From NCBI GenBank assembly GCA_051530055.1, contig CM121341.1:18144784-18208783 (forward strand): 64,000 bases of DNA, read 5' to 3'. Shown in pieces: positions 49,690 through 63,501 of the stretch (positions are counted from its first letter, which is position 1; each line of letters begins with the position of its first letter). This stretch comes from Neoechinorhynchus agilis (lineage: Eukaryota > Animalia > Acanthocephala). The position numbers and the translations under genes are program-made. The notes under the pieces are model-generated. The model saw only the letters and a list, made by a program, of their open reading frames with translations, was not told where the DNA came from and made no database searches.

Positions 49690-50655
49690 CTAGATACAAA
49701 CCGGGAGCCCGAGCCTCAGAGACACTGCGATTCTGAGAGCCTCGCCGTCTAATCTCGAACCGAGATTTGCTGATGGTACAGCTTTCAACCAGGCGCCGGA
49801 CTCTTTGCAGGAAACTGCAGTTAATCGCGTTCTATCCACGTCGGAGAGCGAGTCAAAAAGTGAGGTGTGAACACGCTCCACTAACGGAATGTCCCACGAT
49901 TTCTGTTTTTCCGGGAGGTCTGGAATCTTGTCGAGGTTAGACAGGGACATCCAAAGATGAAGAGCGGGCTCCAGGCTGATGTCCTCCTCAAAATTATGTC
50001 TCAAAATCAATCTGGAAAGGCGCTTGGACCTACTAAGAGACGATAGAAAGGCTGGAAGCGCAATGGCTGAGCAAGCACGAATACCGATCCCTCCGTAGCT
50101 TGTGGGCAAAGATGCCTGGGTCCAGCCAGTGTCGGGGAGCTTAATATTAAGGATCTTACATAGACCATCCCTTAAAGAACCATCAATCTCTCTCAATTCG
50201 GGCTGACATTGAAAGGAAGGGGTTGACCGCAGTTTATGGAGGATGCGTGGAATGAAGATGCAATTTTTTAAAAGGAAGAGAGCATCGTGAGGGAGGCCCT
50301 TGAACAGATGAGATCAATGGAAGGTCTGATTTTCCTGATCTCGGCCTGCATATTCTCCTCGAGAACGCATCTTCCCAGCAGTTCTAAGCTGGACTTGGTG
50401 ATAAGTCGGATATTAGGTGCGGCCTTTTCAAACTCTCTCAAAATTTGCGCGCGTTCCTCGTCCCCACAATTCAAAACCAAAATTTCGCACTTGCTTGGGT
50501 TCAGTTTGAGGCCAATTTTTTTACATTCTTCTAAAAGAACCGTTAAATCTTGTAGGACTTCAGACGGGGAACCTCCTAGAGTAGCGTCATCCAGATACCA
50601 GGCGTTGAATGGTGATCGAAGAGATTGCGCCAGATTGTTTGTCGTCAGAGCACCA
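49690..50655 (-). mobile_element. CRE-clade retrotransposon internal fragment abutting the satellite
   Basis: FNAWYLDDATLGG, LKLNPSKCEI, QASLPTSYGGIGIR, ESGAWL, RIAVSLRLGLPV. Confidence 0.85.
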
Positions 50656-53600
50656 AACGAGCATCTTGATTAAAGTGAAGAACAAAGAGGGACAACACAG
50701 ATGCATTTTAAAACATCGAGTTTATATTTACAGGGAAATGTTTTCAATACGCGAATCTTGATTAAAGTGAAGAAGGAAGGGGAACCCCACAGATGCATTT
50801 TAAAACATCGAGTTTATATTTACAGGATAATGTTTTCCAAACGAGCATCTTGATTAAAGTGAAGAACAAAGAGGGACAACACAGATGCATTTTAAAACAT
50901 CGAGTTTATATTTACAGGATAATGTCTTCCATACGAGCATCTTGATTAAAGTTAAGTACAAAGAAGGACAACGGAGATGCATTTTAAAACATCGAGCTCA
51001 TATTTACAGGATAATGTTTTCCATACGAGCATCTTGATTAAAGTGAAGAACAAAGAGGGACAACACAGATGCATTTTAAAACATCGAGTTTATATTTACA
51101 GGATAATGTTTTCCAAACGAGTATATTGATTAAAGTGAAGAACAAAGAGGGACAACACAGATGCATTTTAAAACATCGAGTTTATATTTACAGGATAATG
51201 TTTTCCAAACGAGTATCTTGATTAAAGTGAAGAACAATGAGGCACAACACAGATGCATTTTAAAACATCGAGTTTATATTTACAGGGAAATGTTTTCAAT
51301 ACGCGCATCTCTATTAAAGTGAAGAACAAAGAGGGACAACACAGATGCATTTTAAAACATCGAGTTTATATTTACAGGGAAACGTTTTCCAAACGAGCAT
51401 CTTGATTAAAGTGAAGAACAAAGAGGGACAACACAGATGCATTTTAAAACATCGAGTTTATATTTACAGGATAATGTCTTCCAAACAACCATCTTGATTA
51501 AAGTAAAGAACAAAGAGGGACAACACAGATGCATTTTAAAACATCGAGCTGCTATTTACAGGATAATGTTTTCCAAACGAGTATCTTGATTAAAGTGAAG
51601 AACAAAGAGGGACAACACAAATGCATTTTAAAACATCGAGTTTATATTTACAGGATAATGTTTTCCAAACGAGTATCTTGATTAAAGTGAAGAGCAATGA
51701 GGGACAACACAGATGCATTTTAAAACATCGAGTTTATATTTACAGGGAAACGTTTTCAATACGCGCATCTCTATTAAAGTGAAGAACAACGAGGGACAAC
51801 ACAGATGCATTTTAAAACATCGAGTTTATATAAACAGGATAATGTCTTCCAAACGAGCATCTTGATTAAAGTGAAGAACAAAGAGGGACAACACAGATGC
51901 ATTTTAAAACATCGAGTTTATATTTACAGGATAATGTCTTCCAAACAACCATCTTGATTAAAGTAAAGAACAAAGAGGGACAATACAGATGCATTTTAAA
52001 ACATCGAGTTTATATTTACAATATAATGTTTTCCAAACGAGCATCTTGATTAAAGTGAAGAACAAAGAGGGACAACACAGATGCATTTTAAAACATCGAG
52101 TTTATATAAACAGGATAATGTCTTCCAAACGAGCATCTTGATTAAAGTGAAGAACAAAGAGGGACAACACAGATGCATTTTAAAACATCGAGTTTATATT
52201 TACAGGGAAATGTTTTCAATACGCGAATCTTGATTAAAGTGAAGAAGGAAGGGGAAACCCACAGATGCATTTTAAAACATCGAGTTTATATTTACAGGAT
52301 AATGTTTTCCAAACGAGCATCTTGATTAAAGTGAAGAACAAAGTGGGACAACACAGATGCATTTTAAAACATCGAGTTTATATTTACAGGATAATGTTTT
52401 CCATACGAGCATCTTGATTAAAGTTAAGTACAAAGAAGGACAACAGAGATGCATTTTAAAACATCGAGCTCATATTTACAGGATAATGTTTTCCATACGA
52501 GCATCTCTATTAAAGTGAAGAACAAAGAGGGACAACACAGATGCATTTTAAAACATCGAGTTTATATTTACAGGGAAACGTTTTCCAAACGAGCATCTTG
52601 ATTAAAGTGAAGAACAAAGAGGGACAACACAGATGCATTTTAAAACATCGAGTTTATATTTACAGTATAATGTCTTCCAAACAACCATCTTGATTAAAGT
52701 AAAGAACAAAGAGGGACAACACAGATGCATTTTAAAACATCGAGTTTATATTTACAAAATAATGTTTTCCAAACGAGCATCTTGATTAAAGTGAAGAACA
52801 AAGAGGGACAACACAGATGCATTTTAAAACATCGAGTTTATATAAACAGGATAATGTCTTCCAAACGAGCATCTTGATTAAAGTGAAGAACAAAGAGGGA
52901 CAACACAGATGCATTTTAAAACATCGAGCTGCTATTTACAGGATAATGTTTTCCAAACGAGTATCTTGATTAAAGTGAAGAACAAAGAGGGACAACACAA
53001 ATGCATTTTAAAACATCGAGTTTATATTTACAGGATAATGTTTTCCAAACGAGTATCTTGATTAAAGTGGAGAGCAATGAGGGACAACACAGATGCATTT
53101 TAAAACATCGAGTTTATATTTACAGGGAAACGTTTTCAATACGCGCATCTCTATTAAAGTGAAGAACAAAGAGGGACAACACAGATGCATTTTAAAACAT
53201 CGACTTTATATTTACAGGGAAACGTTTTCCAAACGAGCATCTTGATTAAAGTGAAGAACAAAGAGGGACAACACAGATGCATTTTAAAACATCGAGTTAT
53301 ATTTACAGGATAATGTCTTCCAAACAACCATCTTGATTAAAGCAAAGAACAAAGAGGGACAACACAGATGCATTTTAAAACATCGAGTTTATATAAACAG
53401 GATAATGTCTTCCAAACGAGCATCTTGATTAAAGTGAAGAACAAAGAGGGACAACACAGATGCATTTTAAAACATCGAGCTCCTATTTACAAGATAATGT
53501 TTTCCAAACGAGTATCTTGATTAAAGTGAAGAACAAAGAGGGACAACACAAATGCATTTTAAAACATCGAGTTTATATTTACAGGGAAACGTTTTCAATA

Positions 53601-56600
53601 CGCGCATCTCTATTAAAGTGAAGAACAAAGACGGACAACACAGATGCATTTTAAAACATCGAGTTTATATTTACAATATAATGTTTTCCAAACGGGCATC
53701 TTGATTAAAGTGAAGAACAAAGAGGGAAAACACAGATGCATTTTAAAACATCGAGTTTATATTAACAGGATAATGTTTTCCAAACGAGCATCTTGATTAA
53801 AGTGAAGAACAAAAAGGGAAAACACAGATGCATTTTAATACATCGAGTTTATATTTACAGGATAATGTTTTCCAAACGAGCATCTTGATTAAAGTGAAGA
53901 ACAAAAAGGGAAAACACAGATGCATTTTAAAACATCGAGTTTATATTTACAGGATAATGTTTTCCAAACGAGTATCTTGATTAAAGTGAAGAGCAATGAG
54001 GGACAACACAGATGCATTTTAAAACATCGAGTTTATATTTACAGGGAAACGTTTTCAATACGCGCATCTCTATTAAAGTGAAGAACAACGAGGGACAACA
54101 CAGATGCATTTTAAAACATCGAGTTTATATTTACAGGGAAACGTTTTCAATACGCGCATCTCTATTAAAGTGAAGAACAAAGAGGGACAACACAGATGCA
54201 TTTTAAAACATCGAGTTTATATTTACAGGGAAACGTTTTCCAAACGAGCATCTTGATTAAAGCGAAGAACAAAGAGGGACAACACAGATGCATTTTAAAA
54301 CATCGAGTTTATATTTACAGGATAATGTCTTCCAAACAACCATCTTGATTAAAGTAAAGAACAAAGAGGGACAACACAGATGCATTTTAAAACATCGAGT
54401 TTATATTTACAATATAATGTTTTCCAAACGAGCATCTTGATTAAAGTGAAGAACAAAGAGGGACAACACAGATGCATTTTAAAACATCGAGTTTATATAA
54501 ACGGGATAATGTTTTCCAAACGAGTATCTTGATTAAAGTGAAGAACAAAGAGGGACAACACAAATGCATTTTAAAACATCGAGTTTATATTTACAGGGAA
54601 ACGTTTTCAATACGCGCATCTCTATTAAAGTGAAGAACAAAGACGGACAACACAGATGCATTTTAAAACATCGAGTTTATATTTACAGGGAAACGTTTTC
54701 CAAACGAGCATCTTGATTAAAGTGAAGAACAAAGAGGGACAACACAGATGCATTTTAAAACATCGAGTTTATATTTACAGGAAACGTTTTCCAAACGAGC
54801 ATCTTGATTAAAGTGAAGAACAAAGAGGGACAACACAGATGCATTTTAAAACATCGAGTTTATATTTACAGGATAATGTCTTCCAAACAACCATCTTGAT
54901 TAAAGTAAAGAACAAAGAGGGACAACACAGATGCATTTTAAAACATCGAGTTTATATTTACAATATAATGTTTTCCAAACGAGCATCTTGATTAAAGTGA
55001 AGAACAAGAGGACAACACAGATGCATTTTAAAACATCGAGTTTATATTTACAGGATAATGTTTTCCAAACGAGCATCTTGATTAAAGTGAAGAACAAAGA
55101 GGGACAACACAAATGCATTTAAAAACATCAAGTTTATATTTACAAGATAATGCTTTCCAAACGAGCATCTTGATTAAAGTGAAGAACAAAGAGGGACAAC
55201 ACAGATGAATTTTAAAACATCGAGTTTATATTTACAGGATAATGTTTTCCAAACGAGTATCTTGATTAAAGTGAAGAGCAATGAGGGACAACACAGATGC
55301 ATTTTAAAACATCGAGTTTATATTTACAGGCTAATGTCTTCCAAACGAGCATCTTGATTAAAGTGAAGAACAAAGAGGGACAACACAGATGCATTTTAAA
55401 ACATCGAGTTTATAATAACAGGATGATGTCTTCCAAACGAGCATCTTGATTAAAGTGAAGAACAAAGAGGGACAACACAGATGCATTTTAAAACATCGAG
55501 TTTATATTTACAGGCTAATGTCTTCCAAACGAGCATCTTGATTAAAGTGAAGAACAAAGAGGGACAACACAAATGCATTTAAAAACATCGAGTTTATATT
55601 TACAATATAATGTTTTCCAAACGAGCATCTTGATTAAAGGAAGAACAAAGAGGGACAACACAGATGAATTTTAAAACATCGAGTTTATATTTACAGGATA
55701 ATGTCTTCCAAACGAGCATCTTGATTAAAGTGAAGAACAAATAGGGACAACACAGATGCATTTTAAAACATCGAGTTTACATTCACAGGATAATGTTTTC
55801 CAAACGAGCATCTTGATTAAAGTGAAGAACAAAGAGGGACAACACAGATGCATTTTAAAACATCGAGTTTATAATAACAGGATGATGTCTTCCAAACGAG
55901 CATCTTGATTAAAGTGAAGAACAAAGAGGGACAACACAGATGCATTTTAAAACATCGAGTTTATATTTACAGGGAAACGTTTTCAATACGCGCATCTCTA
56001 TTAAAGTGAAGAACAAAGAGGACAACACAGATGCATTTTAAAACATCGAGTTTATATTTACAGAAACGTTTTCCAAACGAGCATCTTGATTATAGTGAAG
56101 AACAAAGAGGGACAACACAGATGCATTTTAAAACATCGAGCTCATATTTACAGGATAATGTTTTCCATACGAGCGTCTTGATTAAAGTGAAGAACAAAGA
56201 GGGACAACAGAGATGCATTTTAAAAACTCGAGCTCATATTTACAGGATAATGTTTTCCATACGAGCATCTTGATTAAAGTGAAGAACAAAGAGGGACAAC
56301 ACAGATGCATTTTAAAACATCGAGTTTATATTTACAGGCTAATGTCTTCCAAATGAGCATCTTGATTAAAGTGAAGAACCAAGAGGGACAACACAGATGC
56401 ATTTTAAAACATCGAGTTTATATTAACAGGATAATGTCTTCCAAACGAGCATCTTTATTAAAGTGAAGAACAAAGTGGGACAACACAGATGCATTTTAAA
56501 ACATCGAGCTAATATTTACAGGATAATGTTTTCCATACGAGCATCTTGATTAAAGTGAATAACAAAGAGGGACAACACAGATGCATTTCAAAACATCGGG

Positions 56601-59600
56601 CTCGTATTTACAGGATAATGTTTTCCATACGAGCATCTTGATTAAAGTGAAGAACAAAGAGGGACAACACAGATGCATTTTAAAACATCGAGCTCATATT
56701 TACAGGATAATGTTTTCCATACGAGCATCTTGATTAAAGTGAAGAACAAAGAGGGACAACAGAGATGCATTTTAAAACACCGAGTTTATATTTACAGGAT
56801 AATGTTTTCCAAACGAGCATCTTGATTAAAGTGAAGAACAAAGAGGGACAACAAAGATGCATTTTAAAACATCGAGCTCATATTTACAGGATAATGTTTT
56901 CCATACGAGCATCTTGATTAAAGTGAAGAACAAAGAGGGACAACAGAGATGCATTTTAAAACATCGAGCTCATATTTACAGGATAATGTTTTCCATACGA
57001 GGATCTTGACAACACAGATGCATTTTAAAACATCGAGTTTATATTTACAGAATAATGATTTCCAAGCGAGCATCTTGATTAAAGTGAAGAACAGAGAGGG
57101 ACAACACAGATGCATTTTAAAACATCGAGCTCATATTTACAGGATAATGTTTTCAATACGAGCATTTTGATTAAAGTGAAGAACAAAGAGGGACAACAGA
57201 AATGCATCTTAAAACATCGAGTTTATATTTACAGGATAATGTTTTCCAAACGAGTATCTTGATTAAAGTGAAGAACAAAGAGGGACAACACAGATGCATT
57301 TTAAAACATCGAGTTTATATTTACAGGATAATGTCTTCCAAACGAGCATCTTGATTAAAGTGAAGAACAAAGAGGAACAACACAGATGCATTTTAAAACA
57401 TCGAGCTCATATTTACAGGATAATGTTTTCAATACGAGCATTTTGATTAAAGTGAAGAACAAAGAGGGACAACAGAAATGCATCTTAAAACATCGAGCTC
57501 ATATTTACAGGATAATGTCTTCCAACGAGCATCTTGATTAAAGTGAAGAACAAAGTGGGACAACACAGATGCATTTGAAAACATCGAGTTTATATTTACA
57601 GGGAAACGTTTTCCAAACTAGCATCTTGATTAAAGTGAAGAACAAAGAGGGACAACACAGATGCATTTTCAAACATCGAGTTTATATTTACAGGATAATG
57701 TCATCCAAACGAGCATCTTGATTAAAGTAAAGAACAAAGAGGGACAACACAGATGCATTTGAAAACACCGAGCTCATATTTACAGGATTAATGTTTTCCA
57801 TACGAGCATCTTGATTAAAGTGAAGAACAAAGAGGGACAACAGAGATGCATTTTAAAACATCGAGCTCATATTTACAGGATAATGTTTTCCATACGAGCA
57901 TCTTGACTACACAGATGCATTTTAAAACACCGAGTTTATATTTACAGGATAATGTTTTCCAAACGAGCATCTTGATTAAGGTGAAGAACAAAGAGGGACA
58001 ACACAGATGCATTTTAAAACATCGAGTTTATATTTACAGGATAATGTTTTCCATACCAGCATATTGATTAAAGTGAAGAACAAAGAGGGACAACAGAGAT
58101 GCATTTTAAAACATCGAGCTCATATTTGCAGGATAATGTCTTCCAACGAGCATTTTGATTAAAGTGAAGAACAAAGAGGGACAACAGAAATGCATCTTAA
58201 AACATCGAGTTTATATTTACAGGATAATGTTTTCCAAACGAGTATCTTGATTAAAGTGAAGAACAAAGAGGGACAACACAGATGCATTTTAAAACATCGA
58301 GTTTACATTTACAGGATAATGTCTTCCAAACGAGCATCTTGATTAAAGTGAAGAACAAAGAGGGACAACACAGATGCATTTTAAAACATCGAGCTCATAT
58401 TTACAGGATGTCTTCCAACGAGCATCTTGATTAAAGTGAAGAACAAAGTGGGACAACACAGATGCATTTGAAAACATCGAGTTTATATTTACAGGGAAAC
58501 GTTTTCCAAACTAGCATCTTGATTAAAGTGAAGAACAAAGAGGGACAACACAGATGCATTTTAAAACATCGAGTTTATATTTACAGGATAATGTCATCCA
58601 AACGAGCACCTTGATTAAGGTAAAGAACAAAGAGGGACAACACAGATGCATTTGAAAACACCGAGCTCATATTTACAGGATTAATGTTTTCCATACGAGC
58701 ATCTTGATTAAAGTGAAGAACAAAGAGGGACAACACAGATGCATTTTAAAACATCGGGCTCATATTTACAGGATAATGTTTTCCAAACGAGCATCTTGAC
58801 AACAGAGATGCATTTTAAAACATCGAGTTTATATTTACAGGATAATGTTTTCCAAACGATCATCTTGATTAAAGTGAAGAACAAAGAGGGACAACACAGA
58901 TGCATTTTAAAACATCGAGTATATATTTACAGGATAATGTTTTTCAAACGAGTATCTTGATTAAAGCGAAGAACAAAGAGGGACTACACAGATGAATTTT
59001 AAAACATCGAGTTTATATTTACAGGGAAACGTTTTCAATACGCGCATCTCTATTAAAGTAAAGAACAAAGAGGGACAACACAGATGCATTTTAAAACATC
59101 GAGCTCATATTTACAGGATAATGTTTTCTATACGAGCATCTTGATTAAAGTGAAGAACAAAGAGGGACAACAGAGATGCATTTTAAAACATCGAGCTCAT
59201 ATTTACAGGATAATGTTTTCCATACGAGCATCTTGATTAAAGTGAAGAACAAAGAGGGACAACACAAATGCATTTTAAAACATCGAGTTTATATTTACAG
59301 GATAATGTTTTCCAAACGAGCATCTTGATTAAAGTGAAGAACAAAGAGGGACAACACAAATGCATTTAAAAACATCGAGTTTATATTTACAATATAATGT
59401 TTTCCAAACGAGCATCTTGATTAAAGTGAAGAACAAAGTGGGACAACACAGATGAATTTTAAAACATCGAGTTTATATTTACAGGATAATGTTTTCCAAA
59501 CGAGTATCTTGATTAAAGTGAAGAGCAATGAGGGACAACACAGATGCATTTTAAAACATCGAGTATATATTTACAGGCTAATGTTTTCCAAACGAGCATC

Positions 59601-62114
59601 TTGATTAAAGTGAAGAACAAAGAGGGACAACACAGATGCATTTTAAAATATCGAGTTTATATTTACAGGCTAATGTCTTCCAAACGAGCATCTTGATTAA
59701 AGTGAAGAACAAAGAGGGACAACACAGATGCATTTTAAAACATCGAGTTTATAATAACAGGATAATGTCTTCCAAACGAGCATCTTGATTAAAGTGAAGA
59801 ACAAAGAGGGACAACACAGATGCATTTTAAAACATCGAGTTTATATTTACAGGGAAACGTTTTCAATACGCGCATCTCTATTAAAGTGAAGAACAAAGAG
59901 GGACAACACAGATGCATTTTAAAACATCGAGTTTATATTTACAGGGAAACGTTTTCCAAACGAGCATCTTGATTATAGTGAAGAACAAAGAGGGACAACA
60001 CAGATGCATTTTAAAACATCGAGCTCATATTTACAGGATAATGTTTTCCATACGAGCGTCTTGATTAAAGTGAAGAACAAAGAGGGACAACAGAGATGCA
60101 TTTTAAAAACTCGAGCTCATATTTACAGGATAATGTTTTTCATACGAGCATCTTGATTAAAGTGAAGAACAAAGAGGGACAACACAGATGCATTTTAAAA
60201 CATCGAGTTTATATAAACAGGATAATGTCTTCCAAACGAGCATCTTGATTAAAGTGAAGAACAAAGAGGGACAACAGAGATGCATTTTAAAACATCGAGT
60301 TTATATTAACAGGCTAATGTCTTCCAAATGAGCATCTTGATTAAAGTGAAGAACCAAGAGGGACAACACAGATGCATTTTAAAACATCGAGTTTATATTA
60401 ACAGGATAATGTCTTAAAAACGAGCATCTTTATTAAAGTGAAGAACAAAGTGGGACAACACAGATGCATTTTAAAACATCGAGCTCATATTTACAGGATA
60501 ATGTTTTCCATACGAGCATCTTGATTAAAGTGAATAACAAAGAGGGACAACACAGATGCATTTTAAAACATCGGGCTCGTATTTACAGGATAATGTTTTC
60601 CATACGATCATCTTGATTAAAGTGAAGAACAAAGAGGGACAACACAGATGCATTTTAAAACATCGAGTTTATATTTACAGGATAATGTTTTCAATACGCG
60701 CATCTCTATTAAAGTGAATAACAAAGAGGGGCAACACAGATGCATTTTAAAACATCGGGCTCGTATTTACAGGATAATGTTATTCAAACGAGTATCTTGA
60801 TTAAAGCGAAGAACAAAGAGGGACTACACAGATGAATTTTAAAACATCAAGTTTATATTTACAGGGAAACGTTTTCAATACGCGCATCTCTATTAAAGTA
60901 AAGAACAAAGAGGGACAACACAGATGCATTTTAAAACATCGAGCTCATATTTACAGGATAATGTTTTCCAAACGAGCATCTTGATTAAAGTGAAGAACAA
61001 AGAGGGACAACAGAGATGCATTTTAAAACACCGAGCTCATATTTACAGGATAATGTTTTCCATACGAGCATCTTGACAACACAGATGCATTTTAAAACAC
61101 CGAGTTTATATTTACAGGATAATGTTTTCCAAACGAGCATCTTGATTAAAGTGAAGAAGAAAGAGGGACAACACAGAGGCATTTTAAAACATCGAATTTA
61201 TATTTACAGGATAATGTTTTACAAACGAGCATCTTGATTAAAGTGAAGAACAAAGAGGGACAACAAAGATGCATTTTAAAACATAGAGCTCATATTTACA
61301 GGATAATGTTTTCCATACGAGCATCTTGATTAAAGTGAAGAACAAAGAGGGACAACAGAGATGCGTTTTAAAACATCGAGCTCATATTTACAGGATAATG
61401 TTTTCCATACGAGGATCTTGACAACACAGATGCATTTTAAAACATCGAGTTTATATTTACAGAATAATGATTTCCAAGCGAGCATCTTGATTAAAGTGAA
61501 GAACAGACAGGGACAACACAGATGCATTTTAAAACATCGAGCTCATATTTACAGGATAATGTTTTCAATACGAGCATCTTGATTAAAGCGAAGGACAAAG
61601 AGGGACAACACAGATGCATTTTAAAACATCGAGTTTATATTTACAGGATAATGTCTTCCAAACGAGCATCTTCATTAAAGTGAAGAACAAAGAGGGACAA
61701 CACAGATGCATTTTAAAACATCGAGCTCATATTTACAGGATAATGTCTTCCAACGAGCATTTTGATTAAAGTGAAGAACAAAGAGGGACAACAGAAATGC
61801 ATCTTAAAACATCGAGTTTATATTTGCAGGATAATGTTTTCCAAACGAGTATCTTGATTAAAGTGAAGAACAAAGAGGGACAACACAGATGCATTTTAAA
61901 ACATCGAGTTAATATTTACGGGGAAATGTTTTCAATACGCGAATCTCTATTAAAGTGAAGAAGGAAGGGGAACTCCACAGATGCATTTTAAAAGATCGAG
62001 CTTATATTTACAGAAAAATGTTATCAATACTCGCATCTTGATTAAGGATAAGAACAAGGGGGGACTACACACATGCATTTTAAAACGTCGAGTTTATATA
62101 TACAGGAAAATGTT
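50653..62114 (+). repeat. Tandem satellite, 92-bp monomer, roughly 125 copies, with higher-order repeats
   Basis: Consensus gatgcattttaaaacatcgagtttatatttacaggataatgttttccaaacgagcatcttgattaaagtgaagaacaaagagggacaacaca; period 92 confirmed (50700->50792); copy number estimated from array length. Confidence 0.98.
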
Positions 62115-62351
62115 AGTAATCCTTTGGTGCTTGTCTTTTCGGTATATGTGCTAAATATCTTAACCAAGTGAGTTATTCAACTTCATTCATGTTTTTGTGG
62201 TTATTTACGAAACGAAAATAGAACTTATAAGAAGTTGCGACTTTTCTACTAATTAACTGATTTTAAAAGAAATTCTGAATTGAGATCACATTCAGCATAC
62301 TTTTTCTTTGAAAATGCAATATTGTAGCCTATCTAAAGAGAACATGATTAT

Positions 62352-62408
62352 TGGATCGATCCAACGCGGCAATGCCGCGGCCATCAAGGAAGCTGCCGAA
62401 CAAACCTA
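62352..62408 (+). mobile_element. Tiny CRE 3'-end relic
   Basis: GC-rich island translating as GSIQRGNAAAIKEAAEQT*. Confidence 0.4.
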
Positions 62409-62590
62409 ACATTTGAAGAAAACGAAACTATGTTCATTCATAGAATTTTGATTGGAACTTAGTTATTTATTGGATTTTAAAGGATAACAATTAATCGTAA
62501 TATGCGCACTATGCTGAGCTTCTCTCTTCATTTCATTTAATTCTATCCAATTGTTCCTTTCAGTGGATGTGTATTCTCAATGGCGTATTG

Positions 62591-62777
62591 TAACACACTC
62601 GAGTTTTATTGAGGTCAACCTTGCGAATTTTCAAAGCCTCGGCCTCCTTCTCAAGCATTGTTTGCAAGTTTTTTTCTTTTTTTCAGTTTTTTCGGTTAAA
62701 AACTTGCAAAGAGTGCTTGAGGAGGAAGCTGAGTTGATAATTCGCAGGGTTGACTTCAATAAAACTCGAGTGTGTTA
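62591..62777. mobile_element. Fold-back/MITE-like element (~85-bp arms, TA at both ends)
   Basis: TAACACACTCGAGTTTTATTGAGGTCAACCTTGCGAATT... pairs with ...AATTCGCAGGGTTGACTTCAATAAAACTCGAGTGTGTTA (37 of 39 matches); inner arms are more diverged. Confidence 0.8.
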
Positions 62778-63180
62778 GAATTCGCTATTGAGAATTTCAT
62801 TTAATGTAAAATTCTGGAACCATAATTGAGAAAATCAAACAAGGCTAATGGTCACAATTCAAACGTGTTGGGATATTGGAATGTTTGAAAAAATCATCTA
62901 CATTTTAATGTTTATGAGGAATTGCGAGAAGGGTAATATAATCACGTTTTTGTCCCATAGGAAGACGTTTATGCTAAAAAATTGAATCGCTCCTGTATAA
63001 AGCTGGATATAACATAGTTCTCCATTGGTTCGGTTAATAAATTCTGTTAAGTTTAATATCAAAGATATTTGGCTATTTCTTCTCACCCCCATGCGAAAGG
63101 CGCGTTGCGCTGCTTCCAATCAAATGTTTTTTAAATTAAAAATATAATCACTTCATTGACAGCGCTCATTATATGGCTGT

Positions 63181-63501
63181 CTATTTCGTTGAATCCATAA
63201 GATAAGCAATTAGGTCCTTACGTTCCTTTTCCTTCTTCAACCCCACAAATACCATTTTTGTACCGGGAATATACTTTTTCGGATTTATCAGATATTCATT
63301 AAGTGTCTCTGCTGTCCACACAATCCCTTTATTCTTATTGGCTGGCGTATAATCATATCCTTCAGCCATTCCAGTGCTTCTACCAATAAATCCATGAAGA
63401 TTAGGGCCGACTTTATGGGGCTTTCCTTTCTCGACGGTATGGCATTGACTGCACGACCTGACGAAAATTTTCTTGCCTCGCTCAATTTGTTCCTGGCTCA
63501 T
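63181..63501 (-). CDS. CYCS: Cytochrome c, intronless CDS (probable start MSQEQ...)
   Basis: [13 protein letters not shown] (CXXCH), [28 protein letters not shown]. Confidence 0.97.
   Translation of the reverse strand: MSQEQIERGKKIFVRSCSQCHTVEKGKPHKVGPNLHGFIGRSTGMAEGYDYTPANKNKGIVWTAETLNEYLINPKKYIPGTKMVFVGLKKEKERKDLIAYLMDSTK

Noticed and set aside
54900-61582. ORFs within the satellite (MHFKTSS..., MHLCCPS...)
   Set aside because: By-products of the periodic repeat and its deletion variants; no coding signal.
50653-62114. CRISPR array
   Set aside because: No unique spacers (whole 92-bp units repeat), no cas genes, and the context is eukaryotic with introns.
50653-62114. Spliced-leader RNA gene array (suggested by the adjacent CRE element)
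   Set aside because: No convincing donor plus Sm-site arrangement or similarity to SL sequences I recall, and the unit is too short to hold a promoter and gene.
62898-63119. 73-aa minus-strand ORF downstream of cytochrome c
   Set aside because: No motif or splice support; cannot be distinguished from a chance ORF.
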